In this document: positions 52,518-60,846 of the stretch, in pieces | Layout of the letters: every line of letters begins with the position of its first letter | Numbering within the stretch: position 1 is the stretch's first letter | Source: an uncultured bacterium | GTDB lineage: Bacteria; Zhuqueibacterota; QNDG01; DTFT01 | Assembly: GCA_963736115.1 (NCBI GenBank) | Contig: CAVTNR010000001.1 | Span: 32,001 to 96,000, forward strand | Reading direction: 5' to 3' | DNA length: 64,000 bases | The notes under the pieces: model-generated | Database searches by the model: none | What the model saw: the letters and a program-made list of their open reading frames with translations, nothing else | What the model was told of the DNA's origin: nothing | Position numbers and translations under genes: made by a program

Positions 52518-54534
52518 CTTCGAGTGTGTCTCCCAAGTCTTCCAGCTTCTCGCCGGTAATTCCGGAATTCAGGGCTGATATGAAATCGCTGAACGCCTTG
52601 AGTAGGTTTGTGTCCGTCTCCTGGAGCAGATGTTTCTGCGTCCGACGGACGATGGATTTGAACTGTTCCGGAACGGGGAGTGCGGGTTCCGGAATTCCTC
52701 CCGCGGCCGGTGCTCCCTGGGCAGGCTCGGGCTTTACCGGAGTGGTGGGGGAACCGGGAGAAGGCGTCGCCGGTCCCGGCGCTGGCTGTTGCGGCTGGGA
52801 TCCGGGTACGGCTCCAGGCTGCGGGGGAGGGGTGAAGCCGCCCGGACCGGATGGACCCGGCTGCGGGGGGACCTGGACACTGCCGTGGGCATATAGACCG
52901 AGCAGTGTGTTTCGCTTCTGGATCAAGGCGGCGTCTCCCCCGATGCCCGTCTTCTGCTCGAATTTCATTTCATACTGCTTCCCGGTCTGCACGTGGAAGA
53001 CCACCATGGTCAGGAGTCCGTTGACGTCGAGCTTGAAAGTCACTTCGAACTTGTGAAATCCTTCCGGCTTGGGATCGACGTTCTCGATGGTGAGCTCGCC
53101 GATCGGTGTGTTCTCGAAAACAAACTCGCCTTCTCCCTGAAATACAACCGCTTTGATCCGCGTCGCATTCTCCTGATTGCCGAATATGTCGTTCTTCACT
53201 TCGATTGGGATGTTGCTGCCTTGAGCGATCATCCGCACGCACCTACCGCCCGCGACGCCGACCCCGAGCGAATGCTCCGTGATCAGGCGGATCTGCTGGT
53301 CGTCCACGGACTGGGCGTTCAATTTCAACGATTCATTCCGGCGCTTGATGTCGAATTCGCCCTCGGTGGGAGCGAATCGCTTTGCCAGTATCGCCGCGCC
53401 CCGGGCGACCACGGTGTCCGGATTGAGTTCGCTTTTGACGAAGCTGTCATCCTTCTTGAAATAATCGAGGAGCATTTCCTTGACCTTGGGGATTTTGCTA
53501 GAGCCGCCGACCAGGAGAATCGCATCCACCTGGTCCCGGTCGATCCCTTTCTGCTCCCGGGCGTTGCTGATGGCCTTGTCGACGTAAGTGAGGGACTTGC
53601 GAAGGAGTCCGTCGATCAGCGACAGAAAGACATCTTTCGTCAGGACCAGCTGGAGCTCGTGTTTAATTGATTCGAGCGACATCGTCGCGGATTCGTTGTA
53701 ACTCAAGGCGATTTTGGCCGGTTCCGAGACCGATTTGATCTTCGCCTTCGCCAGAGGGTCCGCGCCTACATCGATTCCCTGTTTGCGGAGCTCTTCGACC
53801 GCCCATTCCACGATGGCATTGTCGAAATCCCCACCGCCGAGACGCGGATCGCCGGCCGTCGCGATGACGTTCAGATTGCCCGTTTCAACCTGGATGATGG
53901 ACACGTCAAAGGTTCCGCCCCCGAGATCGTACACGAGATAGGTTTTTTTCTCCGTCTCCTCCCGGTCCACTCCGTAGCAGATGGCCGCGGCTGTCGGTTC
54001 CGGGATGATCTGCCTCGGGTACAGCCCGGCGAGCAGGGCGGCTTCTTCAGTCGCTTTCTTCTGCGGCTCCATGAAGTAGGCGGGCACGGTCACCACCGCG
54101 TCGTGGATTTCCTCCCCGATCTCCCGCTCGGCCACTTCTTTCATCTTCATCAGGATGAACGCACTGATTTCCTGGGGCAGCATCCATTCCCCTGCAAAAA
54201 ACACTTCCACAGGTTGTCCGATCTTGCGGGCGTTCTGGGCCCGGAATCGTTCCAGGGCGTTGTTTTTCTCTGAGAACAGCTCGCCCATTTCCCGCTTGAT
54301 TTCTATCACGGTGTCCTCGGGGCGGACGGGGCAATTTCGCTTGGCAGCAGCGCCCACGATGACCTTGCGGAGCATCTGGTCCGTGCTGACGACCGAAGGG
54401 GTCGTTTCGGGATTGGTGTCCGATTCGGGGTTCTTGATGATTTCAGCCTGTTCAGTATAGGTATTATAAGAAGCCACGGCCGAATACGTCGTACCGAGAT
54501 CGATACCGATCACCTTGTGCATTTTGTCGTTCAT
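52492..54534 (-). CDS. Hsp70-family protein, paralog 1 (divergent, Pro-rich tail)
   Basis: [31 protein letters not shown]-beta (VFQGE…FKLDVNG), a P/G-rich linker and a C-terminal helical domain. Confidence 0.92.
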   Translation of the reverse strand: MNDKMHKVIGIDLGTTYSAVASYNTYTEQAEIIKNPESDTNPETTPSVVSTDQMLRKVIVGAAAKRNCPVRPEDTVIEIKREMGELFSEKNNALERFRAQNARKIGQPVEVFFAGEWMLPQEISAFILMKMKEVAEREIGEEIHDAVVTVPAYFMEPQKKATEEAALLAGLYPRQIIPEPTAAAICYGVDREETEKKTYLVYDLGGGTFDVSIIQVETGNLNVIATAGDPRLGGGDFDNAIVEWAVEELRKQGIDVGADPLAKAKIKSVSEPAKIALSYNESATMSLESIKHELQLVLTKDVFLSLIDGLLRKSLTYVDKAISNAREQKGIDRDQVDAILLVGGSSKIPKVKEMLLDYFKKDDSFVKSELNPDTVVARGAAILAKRFAPTEGEFDIKRRNESLKLNAQSVDDQQIRLITEHSLGVGVAGGRCVRMIAQGSNIPIEVKNDIFGNQENATRIKAVVFQGEGEFVFENTPIGELTIENVDPKPEGFHKFEVTFKLDVNGLLTMVVFHVQTGKQYEMKFEQKTGIGGDAALIQKRNTLLGLYAHGSVQVPPQPGPSGPGGFTPPPQPGAVPGSQPQQPAPGPATPSPGSPTTPVKPEPAQGAPAAGGIPEPALPVPEQFKSIVRRTQKHLLQETDTNLLKAFSDFISALNSGITGEKLEDLGDTLEDVYAKAKK

Positions 54535-55350
54535 GATTTTGCTCCTTGACTGGTGTGTGCGGCGCTGTCCTTGTGCGAACGGTTTTTATCACGGTCCGAA
54601 ACCGGACGGGTCTTCCCGATAATGACCCGGCAGGGCCTAACCAGAACCTGGCCCGCCCTGTACCCGGATTGTTCGACCCGGATCACCTTTCCCTCATCAC
54701 CTTCGCCGTACCCGAGGCATTCCATGGTCAGAGGATCGAAATCAGCCCCGGGCTGAACCTCGAAAGGGGTATAACGGAGGGCCTGGGTGATGCCGGTGAG
54801 AAGATCGAGTATGGAGTCCGTATTTTTCAGGAACTCCTTCTCGTTTTCGCTGCCTGAGTAATGACGTTTCATCGACTTCAGGGATTCCATGGCCGGGATC
54901 AGCGCGTTGAAAGTCGAACGTCCGATGAATTCCTTGCGGTCTGAAACGCAGGTTCTCCTTGAACCGTTCCAGCTCCATGCCGACCGAACGGGAGAGGGAC
55001 TCCTGGGCGGCCTGAAGCGACGAAACGGTTGCGATGACCTGCGTTATTTTACCTTCCAGATTGGAAACCATCCGGTAGAGGCCGACCATGTCTTCGGCCA
55101 GTTCTCCCAGGGTTTGGAGCAGGTCATCATTCTTACCGTCGCGGATTCCCGCCCCCTTGAAAAAATCGACCGTGAGGGTCTGTTTGGACAGATCCAGATC
55201 GATCGGTTCCTCACTCCCTGCGGCGCCCACCGGGTTCTGCCCGACGGCGGTTTTCGATTCCTTCCTGGGGGAGGTCCCGCTGGCCGATCCGCCGGATGGT
55301 TCGTTGTGCGGAATGTCCGGCTGATCCGCACTGGGCTTTGTTTTGTTCAT
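54531..55350 (-). CDS. GrpE-like nucleotide exchange factor; frameshift ~54949
   Basis: The coiled coil in 54742..55350 joins VSDRKEFIGRSTFNALIPAMESL, then PGADFDP…VIRVEQSGY…VRPCRVII. Confidence 0.8.
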
Positions 55351-55967
55351 GGTTCCTCCTCGTCGATCCGCTTGTTGTATTCAAAATCCGTGTTGAAAAT
55401 CCTCCGGGTCAGGTCGCTGGGATGAAAGCAGTGGAGATTTTTGATTTCTTCGAAAAAACGGGAGAGTTCCTTGCGGATATAGATCAGCTTTGTCCGGTAA
55501 CCGCTCAACACGTCCGCCCGGAAATCCTCGAAGCGGAGCAGGATGCAGGGAGGGTTAGACAGGTCGTACTTTCGTCGATCCTCTCCTTTCTCCAGCAAGA
55601 TCAGGTTGATCTCGTTCACTTCTTTGTCGATGCGCAGGATGTCGGATTCGATTTTTTTGAAATCGGGATCGGCCTTAAGGGCTTCCTTCTCCAGATCGAA
55701 GATTTCCCCGTTCAGTTTTTTCAGGGCCGCGGGATCGGATTTTTCGGAGTTTTTCTTCATGGTGTCCAGCCGGCTTCTGGCGGATGGAAGACCGGGGACG
55801 GCCTCGAAGATCTTGGCCTGCCGCGTGACAAGCGCCTGTCTTTGAGCATTCAGAGACTGCAAAAATTCTCCCTTGGCGTCCATGATTTCATTTGCGGTCG
55901 CGTCCGGGGTTAGTCCCAGTTTGGCGTAGGAAGTGTTTCGGCTGAGGATCACGGGGTAATTGAACAT
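55347..55967 (-). CDS. J-domain-like protein lacking HPD, with a coiled-coil insertion
   Basis: SYAKLGLTPDATANEI (J helices I/II) … EDRRKYD (helix IV). First gene of the operon. Confidence 0.65.
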   Translation of the reverse strand: MFNYPVILSRNTSYAKLGLTPDATANEIMDAKGEFLQSLNAQRQALVTRQAKIFEAVPGLPSARSRLDTMKKNSEKSDPAALKKLNGEIFDLEKEALKADPDFKKIESDILRIDKEVNEINLILLEKGEDRRKYDLSNPPCILLRFEDFRADVLSGYRTKLIYIRKELSRFFEEIKNLHCFHPSDLTRRIFNTDFEYNKRIDEEEP

Positions 55968-56526
55968 AAGACACCTGATCTCCCTGTGAATGGACGACTT
56001 GTCGTTGTTTTCGATGATGGGGTTCGATAAGGAGATGGAAAGGAGGCGTTATCTGTCGGCCATCCCATAGGCATGAATAAAAAAAGGAATGGCCCACCGC
56101 TGACTCGGAATTTGCAGCGTTGGAAATCCTCACTCCCTCCCCAGAATAATGGTTTTCGAAAAAACGAAAAGAAGAGCCCGACAAATCTCTATAAATAAAT
56201 AATAATAAAACGATGAGTATACAGGTATAGGAATAATGTTTGCAAAATATTGATTATTTGTTTGAAAATCAAGAAGAATGTCCGGCATTTCGACATTAAA
56301 AGGCATAATATCCAGAATATATAATCATATAGAGTTTGAAAGCGAGCGGGATTCCGCTGTCGCCAAAATGTAAACAATTATAATTAAACAGATTACGAAA
56401 CAACAGAAAGATATTCCTCATTCTGTGTCCGCAGGGGTGGTTCTGGCATTTTTCCAAATTACTATCAATAGTAACGACATCTGAAGAAGAGGAAATAATC
56501 CAGGCGTTTGAAATCAGCCCACGGTT
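55968..56526 (-). promoter_or_regulatory. AT-rich intergenic promoter region of the J-GrpE-Hsp70 operon
   Basis: About 560 bp, non-coding, and visibly AT-rich against the GC-rich background. Confidence 0.45.
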
Positions 56527-57660
56527 TTATTTCAATTCCACGATCTCCCGCACCACCGCCTCGGCCGCTTTCTCCAGGGGCCCGGCGGCCGTTCTTACGG
56601 ACGGGTCCTGCGCCAGGGTTTCCCCGACTTTTTCCAGCCTGCTGAAATTCCCGAAAATGATTTTGTAAAGGGGTACCTTCGACCCGTAATTTCCCCAGTC
56701 CACCTCGGTCTTCATGAACCGGCTGAACGAACCGGAAAGACGGATGAACAGGCTTAAAGCCTTCTTGGGCAGTTCGTTCAGTACGACACCGTCCAGATCC
56801 CTCACTTTCGACAGAAATTCGCGGATGGCCGGTTGCGGATAGACCTCCTCGAAGAACCGGATGAAACGGGCGCTCGTCACGCCGCGGAGCTCGCACAAAT
56901 TTCCGCTCAGGCATAGATAGAGAAGTTCGATGGCCTGGTGGAAAACCGGAAGATCAAGGTGTTTCGCCGTCAGAATTCCGGGGCGCTGGTCGTCGTGCCA
57001 GGCGGCTTGAAAGACGGTTTTGCCGACGTCGAGCACGAAATCGTCCACTTCCCGTTCCGTGGCGGCGGTCCCGGATTCGGCGAGCAGTTCTCCCGCGCCT
57101 TCCCGGAACCGGGAGAGGCGGAGAAAATACTGCTCGTGGCCGGCGGACATCAGCCGGATGAACCGGTCGTCGATCATGGGATAGCCCGGACTGACGTAGA
57201 GATCCTCGACGATCAGGCTGTATTCCGCCCAGAAATCCTCATGGACCCGGCACAGGTAGTAGACGGGCATATCGTGCGGAGTCAGTCGGATGTCCAGGTA
57301 GACCCGGTAATTGCATGCGTCCCGGATGCACGACTGCAGACCTTCCTGATTCGTGAGGCGGACGGAATGATCGCCGTAAGGCGACCGGATTGTGACTTCG
57401 CGCGTGAGGGTCTCCGAGATGTCGGACAGGATCCGGCTGGATCCTCCCGCGTTTTCGAGGGTGAGACGATGGGCGTCGTAAGTCCGGATGGCCTCGAGAA
57501 GCGGGGCCAGGATCGATCGGGGGTCCATGTCCCAGGTCGAATGACCCGGCACGTACCCGTAACGGCTGTGCGAGGTCGATCCTTCCTCGAAATCTCCGTC
57601 CCGCGTCCGGTCGGAGCCGGTAGCAACGGCGCCTTCGGTGTCCCAGTATTCATCGGTCAT
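56527..57660 (-). CDS. Hypothetical protein, last gene of the Clp-like/MoxR/vWA operon
   Basis: 377-aa ORF overlapping the vWA stop. No motif recognised. Confidence 0.75.
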   Translation of the reverse strand: MTDEYWDTEGAVATGSDRTRDGDFEEGSTSHSRYGYVPGHSTWDMDPRSILAPLLEAIRTYDAHRLTLENAGGSSRILSDISETLTREVTIRSPYGDHSVRLTNQEGLQSCIRDACNYRVYLDIRLTPHDMPVYYLCRVHEDFWAEYSLIVEDLYVSPGYPMIDDRFIRLMSAGHEQYFLRLSRFREGAGELLAESGTAATEREVDDFVLDVGKTVFQAAWHDDQRPGILTAKHLDLPVFHQAIELLYLCLSGNLCELRGVTSARFIRFFEEVYPQPAIREFLSKVRDLDGVVLNELPKKALSLFIRLSGSFSRFMKTEVDWGNYGSKVPLYKIIFGNFSRLEKVGETLAQDPSVRTAAGPLEKAAEAVVREIVELK

Positions 57661-59800
57661 GTTTCGACTCCCCGTTTTTCGTTACCGAACGGTTGCGTTC
57701 CCGGATGCAGGAGGCCACGTATCGGCCGATTTTCCGCGCCACCGCGGCCGCGTCGTTGAGCTCGTCGGGAAGCACGGGAATAATTTTATCCACTTGTTTT
57801 TCCAGCCCGGTTTCCCGATCGATCCCAAGCGCGACCATGGTGGTGTGCAGTTTCCCGTTTGATTCCGCGTTCAAGGACTCGAATACGGCCTGCACTTCCA
57901 CTATCCCGGACTTGGAATTCTGGAAGGACCGGTTCCATTGGCAGTCGGTGATTAAAATCAGGTACATCATGCGTCCGCGGGCGAGGGCTTTGGCCTCGCG
58001 CATGATGAAGGCAATGGAGACAGCGTCTGACTGAACGCCGGTTCCGGTATCCGGGAGTCCGGGCAGCGCCCGGAGCGCGTCCTGCTTGTACAGCACGGGC
58101 GTTTTCTTCGGATGGTAAATCCACTGAACCAGGGGGCCCGTCATGCCCGGCCGGACCTCTCCGCTGTGGTACAGGCCGGCAAGAAGCTGAATTTCGCTCC
58201 GGGACGTGGATTTCAGCCAGGCCGCGGTCAGGAGTTTCAGCATGTGCATCTGACGGCTGTTCAGCGATCCCGATCCGTCACAGGCGATGGCCAGCACCGG
58301 CCGGCCGCGACGGTCCGCCCTTTCCCGCATGCGGTACCGTTTAAACACGGCCGCCGAAAAATCCGCCAGGGACAGCCGTGCGGTGTCCAGTGCCCCGGAT
58401 GTGCGCAAACGGTCCGTTTCGGGAAGCTTCTGCACGTTCGGATAGAGGCTTCGGCGCAGAGCTTCAGTGACGGGGAGGGCTTCCTCCAGCAGCTTTTGAC
58501 AGGCGGACATGTCCTCTGAAAGCGGCACCGGTCGGTCGAATATCTCGGCAGTGGTGGTCTTGCCGTCAGCCAGGGGCACTTCGATCTGGCGTCCGTCGGA
58601 CGGGCTGCCCTCCATCAGGCCGCCGTCGAAGATTTTAAAATGAAGCATCCGCTCGACCAGATCGGACCTGATGTCCTCCCAGGACCGTTGACGGATTCCG
58701 GCAGCGCGCAGGGTCATGATGAATTTGACGAGCGCGGTTTCCTCCTGGTCGGTCCGTCCCAGGGGATCCTCCTTGGTCCCGGACAGGAGGTTGTTGACCA
58801 TTACCATGGTCAACCGTTCGACGATACTGTCCGGATCGATCAGCAGGGGCGGTGTGAGCCGTTCCAGCGGATGGAGTTCCGATTCCCCGGAAGGCTCGCC
58901 GGCTTCCACGTCAAATACTTCGTCTAGTACGTCGAGGGCCTCAGGGTGTCCGGGTTTAGCCGAGTTGAGGAACTGAGACCGTTCCGGATTTATTTTCCGG
59001 GGAGCCTTTACCATCGGCGCGAGCGCCTTGACCAGGTCGCGGCCCCACTGGTTCCCCAGTTCCAGGAGGAATCCCGGTTCCGTCCGGTTCAGTGCCTCGA
59101 TATAGGGGCGAGACGTCAAGACGGTCTTTTCCAGCATCATAGCCGTGACAGGATGCAGTTCCAGCCGCCTGAAATCGGGCAGAAGCTCCCCGTAGAGCAC
59201 GCCGTTGAAAACCACGTCGATCACGGTGCGGAACCGGAGATCCTGCTGAGACGCCATGAAGAGACGGTAGATCTCGAGCGCGGAGAAGGCGGGATCGGAC
59301 GACAGTTCCTGGAGCAGGATCCGGATGCGAATGGCCTTCTCGATGATTTTCACCAGAAGGAGCCGGTTTTGACCATCCGTCTCGGTGCCTTCCGTCACCG
59401 TCTCATCTTCGAGCATGAGAATCAGGGAAATCACCTTTTCGCTGAAAACAGCTTCATATTCCAAATATCCGGTCAGTCCGATGGCGGCGTACGCCGCCGC
59501 GACCGCCGGGTACTGCGTGTACAGGCAGCTGAGCTGGGGTTTCACGCAAAAGGGCGATTCGGGATCGGGATTCCGCCCGGCGAGCCTGTGAACCGCCGTC
59601 TGGATCTGGGTCATCCGGCGGTAGAAGAGGTTCTGGGCCGGGAGCCTCTCCGAGAGATCCATGTTTGGACGGAACGCATCCCCCAGGGTAATTCCCGCCC
59701 AGTCCGATTTCGACTTGCGCTTCCGGTAATAGGAGGAATACCATCCGCGGGTCGAGTGATCATCGTCCCGGTTTGAAGCGTTTTTCCCGGCTGTTGTCAT
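57650..59800 (-). CDS. vWA-domain protein (CobT/NorD-like MoxR partner)
   Basis: SGALDTARL, MIDAS IACDGSGS, LILITD. Confidence 0.85.
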   Translation of the reverse strand: MTTAGKNASNRDDDHSTRGWYSSYYRKRKSKSDWAGITLGDAFRPNMDLSERLPAQNLFYRRMTQIQTAVHRLAGRNPDPESPFCVKPQLSCLYTQYPAVAAAYAAIGLTGYLEYEAVFSEKVISLILMLEDETVTEGTETDGQNRLLLVKIIEKAIRIRILLQELSSDPAFSALEIYRLFMASQQDLRFRTVIDVVFNGVLYGELLPDFRRLELHPVTAMMLEKTVLTSRPYIEALNRTEPGFLLELGNQWGRDLVKALAPMVKAPRKINPERSQFLNSAKPGHPEALDVLDEVFDVEAGEPSGESELHPLERLTPPLLIDPDSIVERLTMVMVNNLLSGTKEDPLGRTDQEETALVKFIMTLRAAGIRQRSWEDIRSDLVERMLHFKIFDGGLMEGSPSDGRQIEVPLADGKTTTAEIFDRPVPLSEDMSACQKLLEEALPVTEALRRSLYPNVQKLPETDRLRTSGALDTARLSLADFSAAVFKRYRMRERADRRGRPVLAIACDGSGSLNSRQMHMLKLLTAAWLKSTSRSEIQLLAGLYHSGEVRPGMTGPLVQWIYHPKKTPVLYKQDALRALPGLPDTGTGVQSDAVSIAFIMREAKALARGRMMYLILITDCQWNRSFQNSKSGIVEVQAVFESLNAESNGKLHTTMVALGIDRETGLEKQVDKIIPVLPDELNDAAAVARKIGRYVASCIRERNRSVTKNGESKHDR

Positions 59801-59815
59801 GGCGTATCATCCCAC

Positions 59816-60829
59816 TTAAAAAAGGTTGCCCTGTATGGTCGTGGTTTCGTCTTCCTCCATCTTCAGACCGAAGACCTGGTTGAAAACGCTGTGGTTCAGC
59901 TTCCGGTCCTCCAGGCTGGCATTGCCCATCAGGGTGGTCTGGGTGATCTGCTGAAGGCTCAGGTGGGGCATGGCGCCGGCCATCCGCAGAAATGCCAGGT
60001 ACCCGTAAATGGAAGGCGGCGGAACGGATTGAAGCCTCCCCTCGACACGGTGTTTTCGGATTTCCTGGCCCATCGCGACCACCTTGACGATCAGGTCCCT
60101 TTTTAACTCCGACGCATGGGTCTCGCGGACCAGATGCTGGAGGACCAGAATCTCGAGATCGGCCGGAAGGTAGTCGAGCGTGATGTTCATCGAGAACCGA
60201 CGTTTCAAGGCGTCATCGAGAGTGACCAGAGTGTGGGTCGATTCGTTTTCCGCCTGGTAATTGCTGTCGGAGATCCATGTGATGAATTCACCGCGGATGG
60301 TGTTGCCGTCGGGGAGCAGAATATGCCCCCGGGTCATCAGGTCGAGAAGGCCCCCCTGCACGCTCGAAGAATGAACCCGTCCCATCTCCCTCAGCCAGAC
60401 CAGTGGGTAATTTGCGTCTGTGGACGCCTCCGCGTCCTTCAGGGATTCGACCAGTTTGCTCGGCTCGTCGTACGTGGTGCCCCCCTTGAGCGAACGCCGC
60501 TGGTACAATTCACCGGGCGTTTCGTAGACGGCCATTTCGACGGGATACACCTTCAGGAGTTTGACGGGAAGCCCGAGCCGGTTGCAGACATGGCTGAAGT
60601 TTTCCGGCACCCGGTACAGCGCCTCGATCAGGGACGTTTTGGCACTGCCGGTCGGTCCGCTCAGATGGATGAATTCATGCGAGGCAATGCCGTACACGAG
60701 CGATTCCAGGATCCATTTCAGGATGAAAAGGGGATTGCCGCCGGGCGCGGGAAGCAATTCGATCAAATCCTCCGCGCCGGCCTTCCGGTACGCTTTTTCC
60801 GCAGCGATGTGAAATACCTGTTTCGACAT
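59816..60829 (-). CDS. MoxR-like AAA+ ATPase
   Basis: Walker A GPTGSAKT, non-canonical Walker B WLREMGR, SN sensor, LDDALKRRF. Confidence 0.85.
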   Translation of the reverse strand: MSKQVFHIAAEKAYRKAGAEDLIELLPAPGGNPLFILKWILESLVYGIASHEFIHLSGPTGSAKTSLIEALYRVPENFSHVCNRLGLPVKLLKVYPVEMAVYETPGELYQRRSLKGGTTYDEPSKLVESLKDAEASTDANYPLVWLREMGRVHSSSVQGGLLDLMTRGHILLPDGNTIRGEFITWISDSNYQAENESTHTLVTLDDALKRRFSMNITLDYLPADLEILVLQHLVRETHASELKRDLIVKVVAMGQEIRKHRVEGRLQSVPPPSIYGYLAFLRMAGAMPHLSLQQITQTTLMGNASLEDRKLNHSVFNQVFGLKMEEDETTTIQGNLF

Positions 60830-60846
60830 GGCGTCCTCCTTATTGT

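Noticed and set aside
37560-54534. Hsp70 duplicates as a DGR template/variable repeat
   Set aside because: No reverse transcriptase, and the differences span the whole gene with no evident adenine restriction.
14716-54949. Programmed ribosomal frameshifting at the split genes
   Set aside because: No consistent slippery heptamer, shift directions are mixed, and the gene types are unrelated. Indel errors are the simpler explanation.
52492-55967. Housekeeping dnaK-dnaJ-grpE operon
   Set aside because: No HPD or zinc finger in the J-like protein, Hsp70 allosteric residues and linker are altered, no hrcA or CIRCE was seen, and the neighbours are atypical. Gene symbols were therefore withheld.
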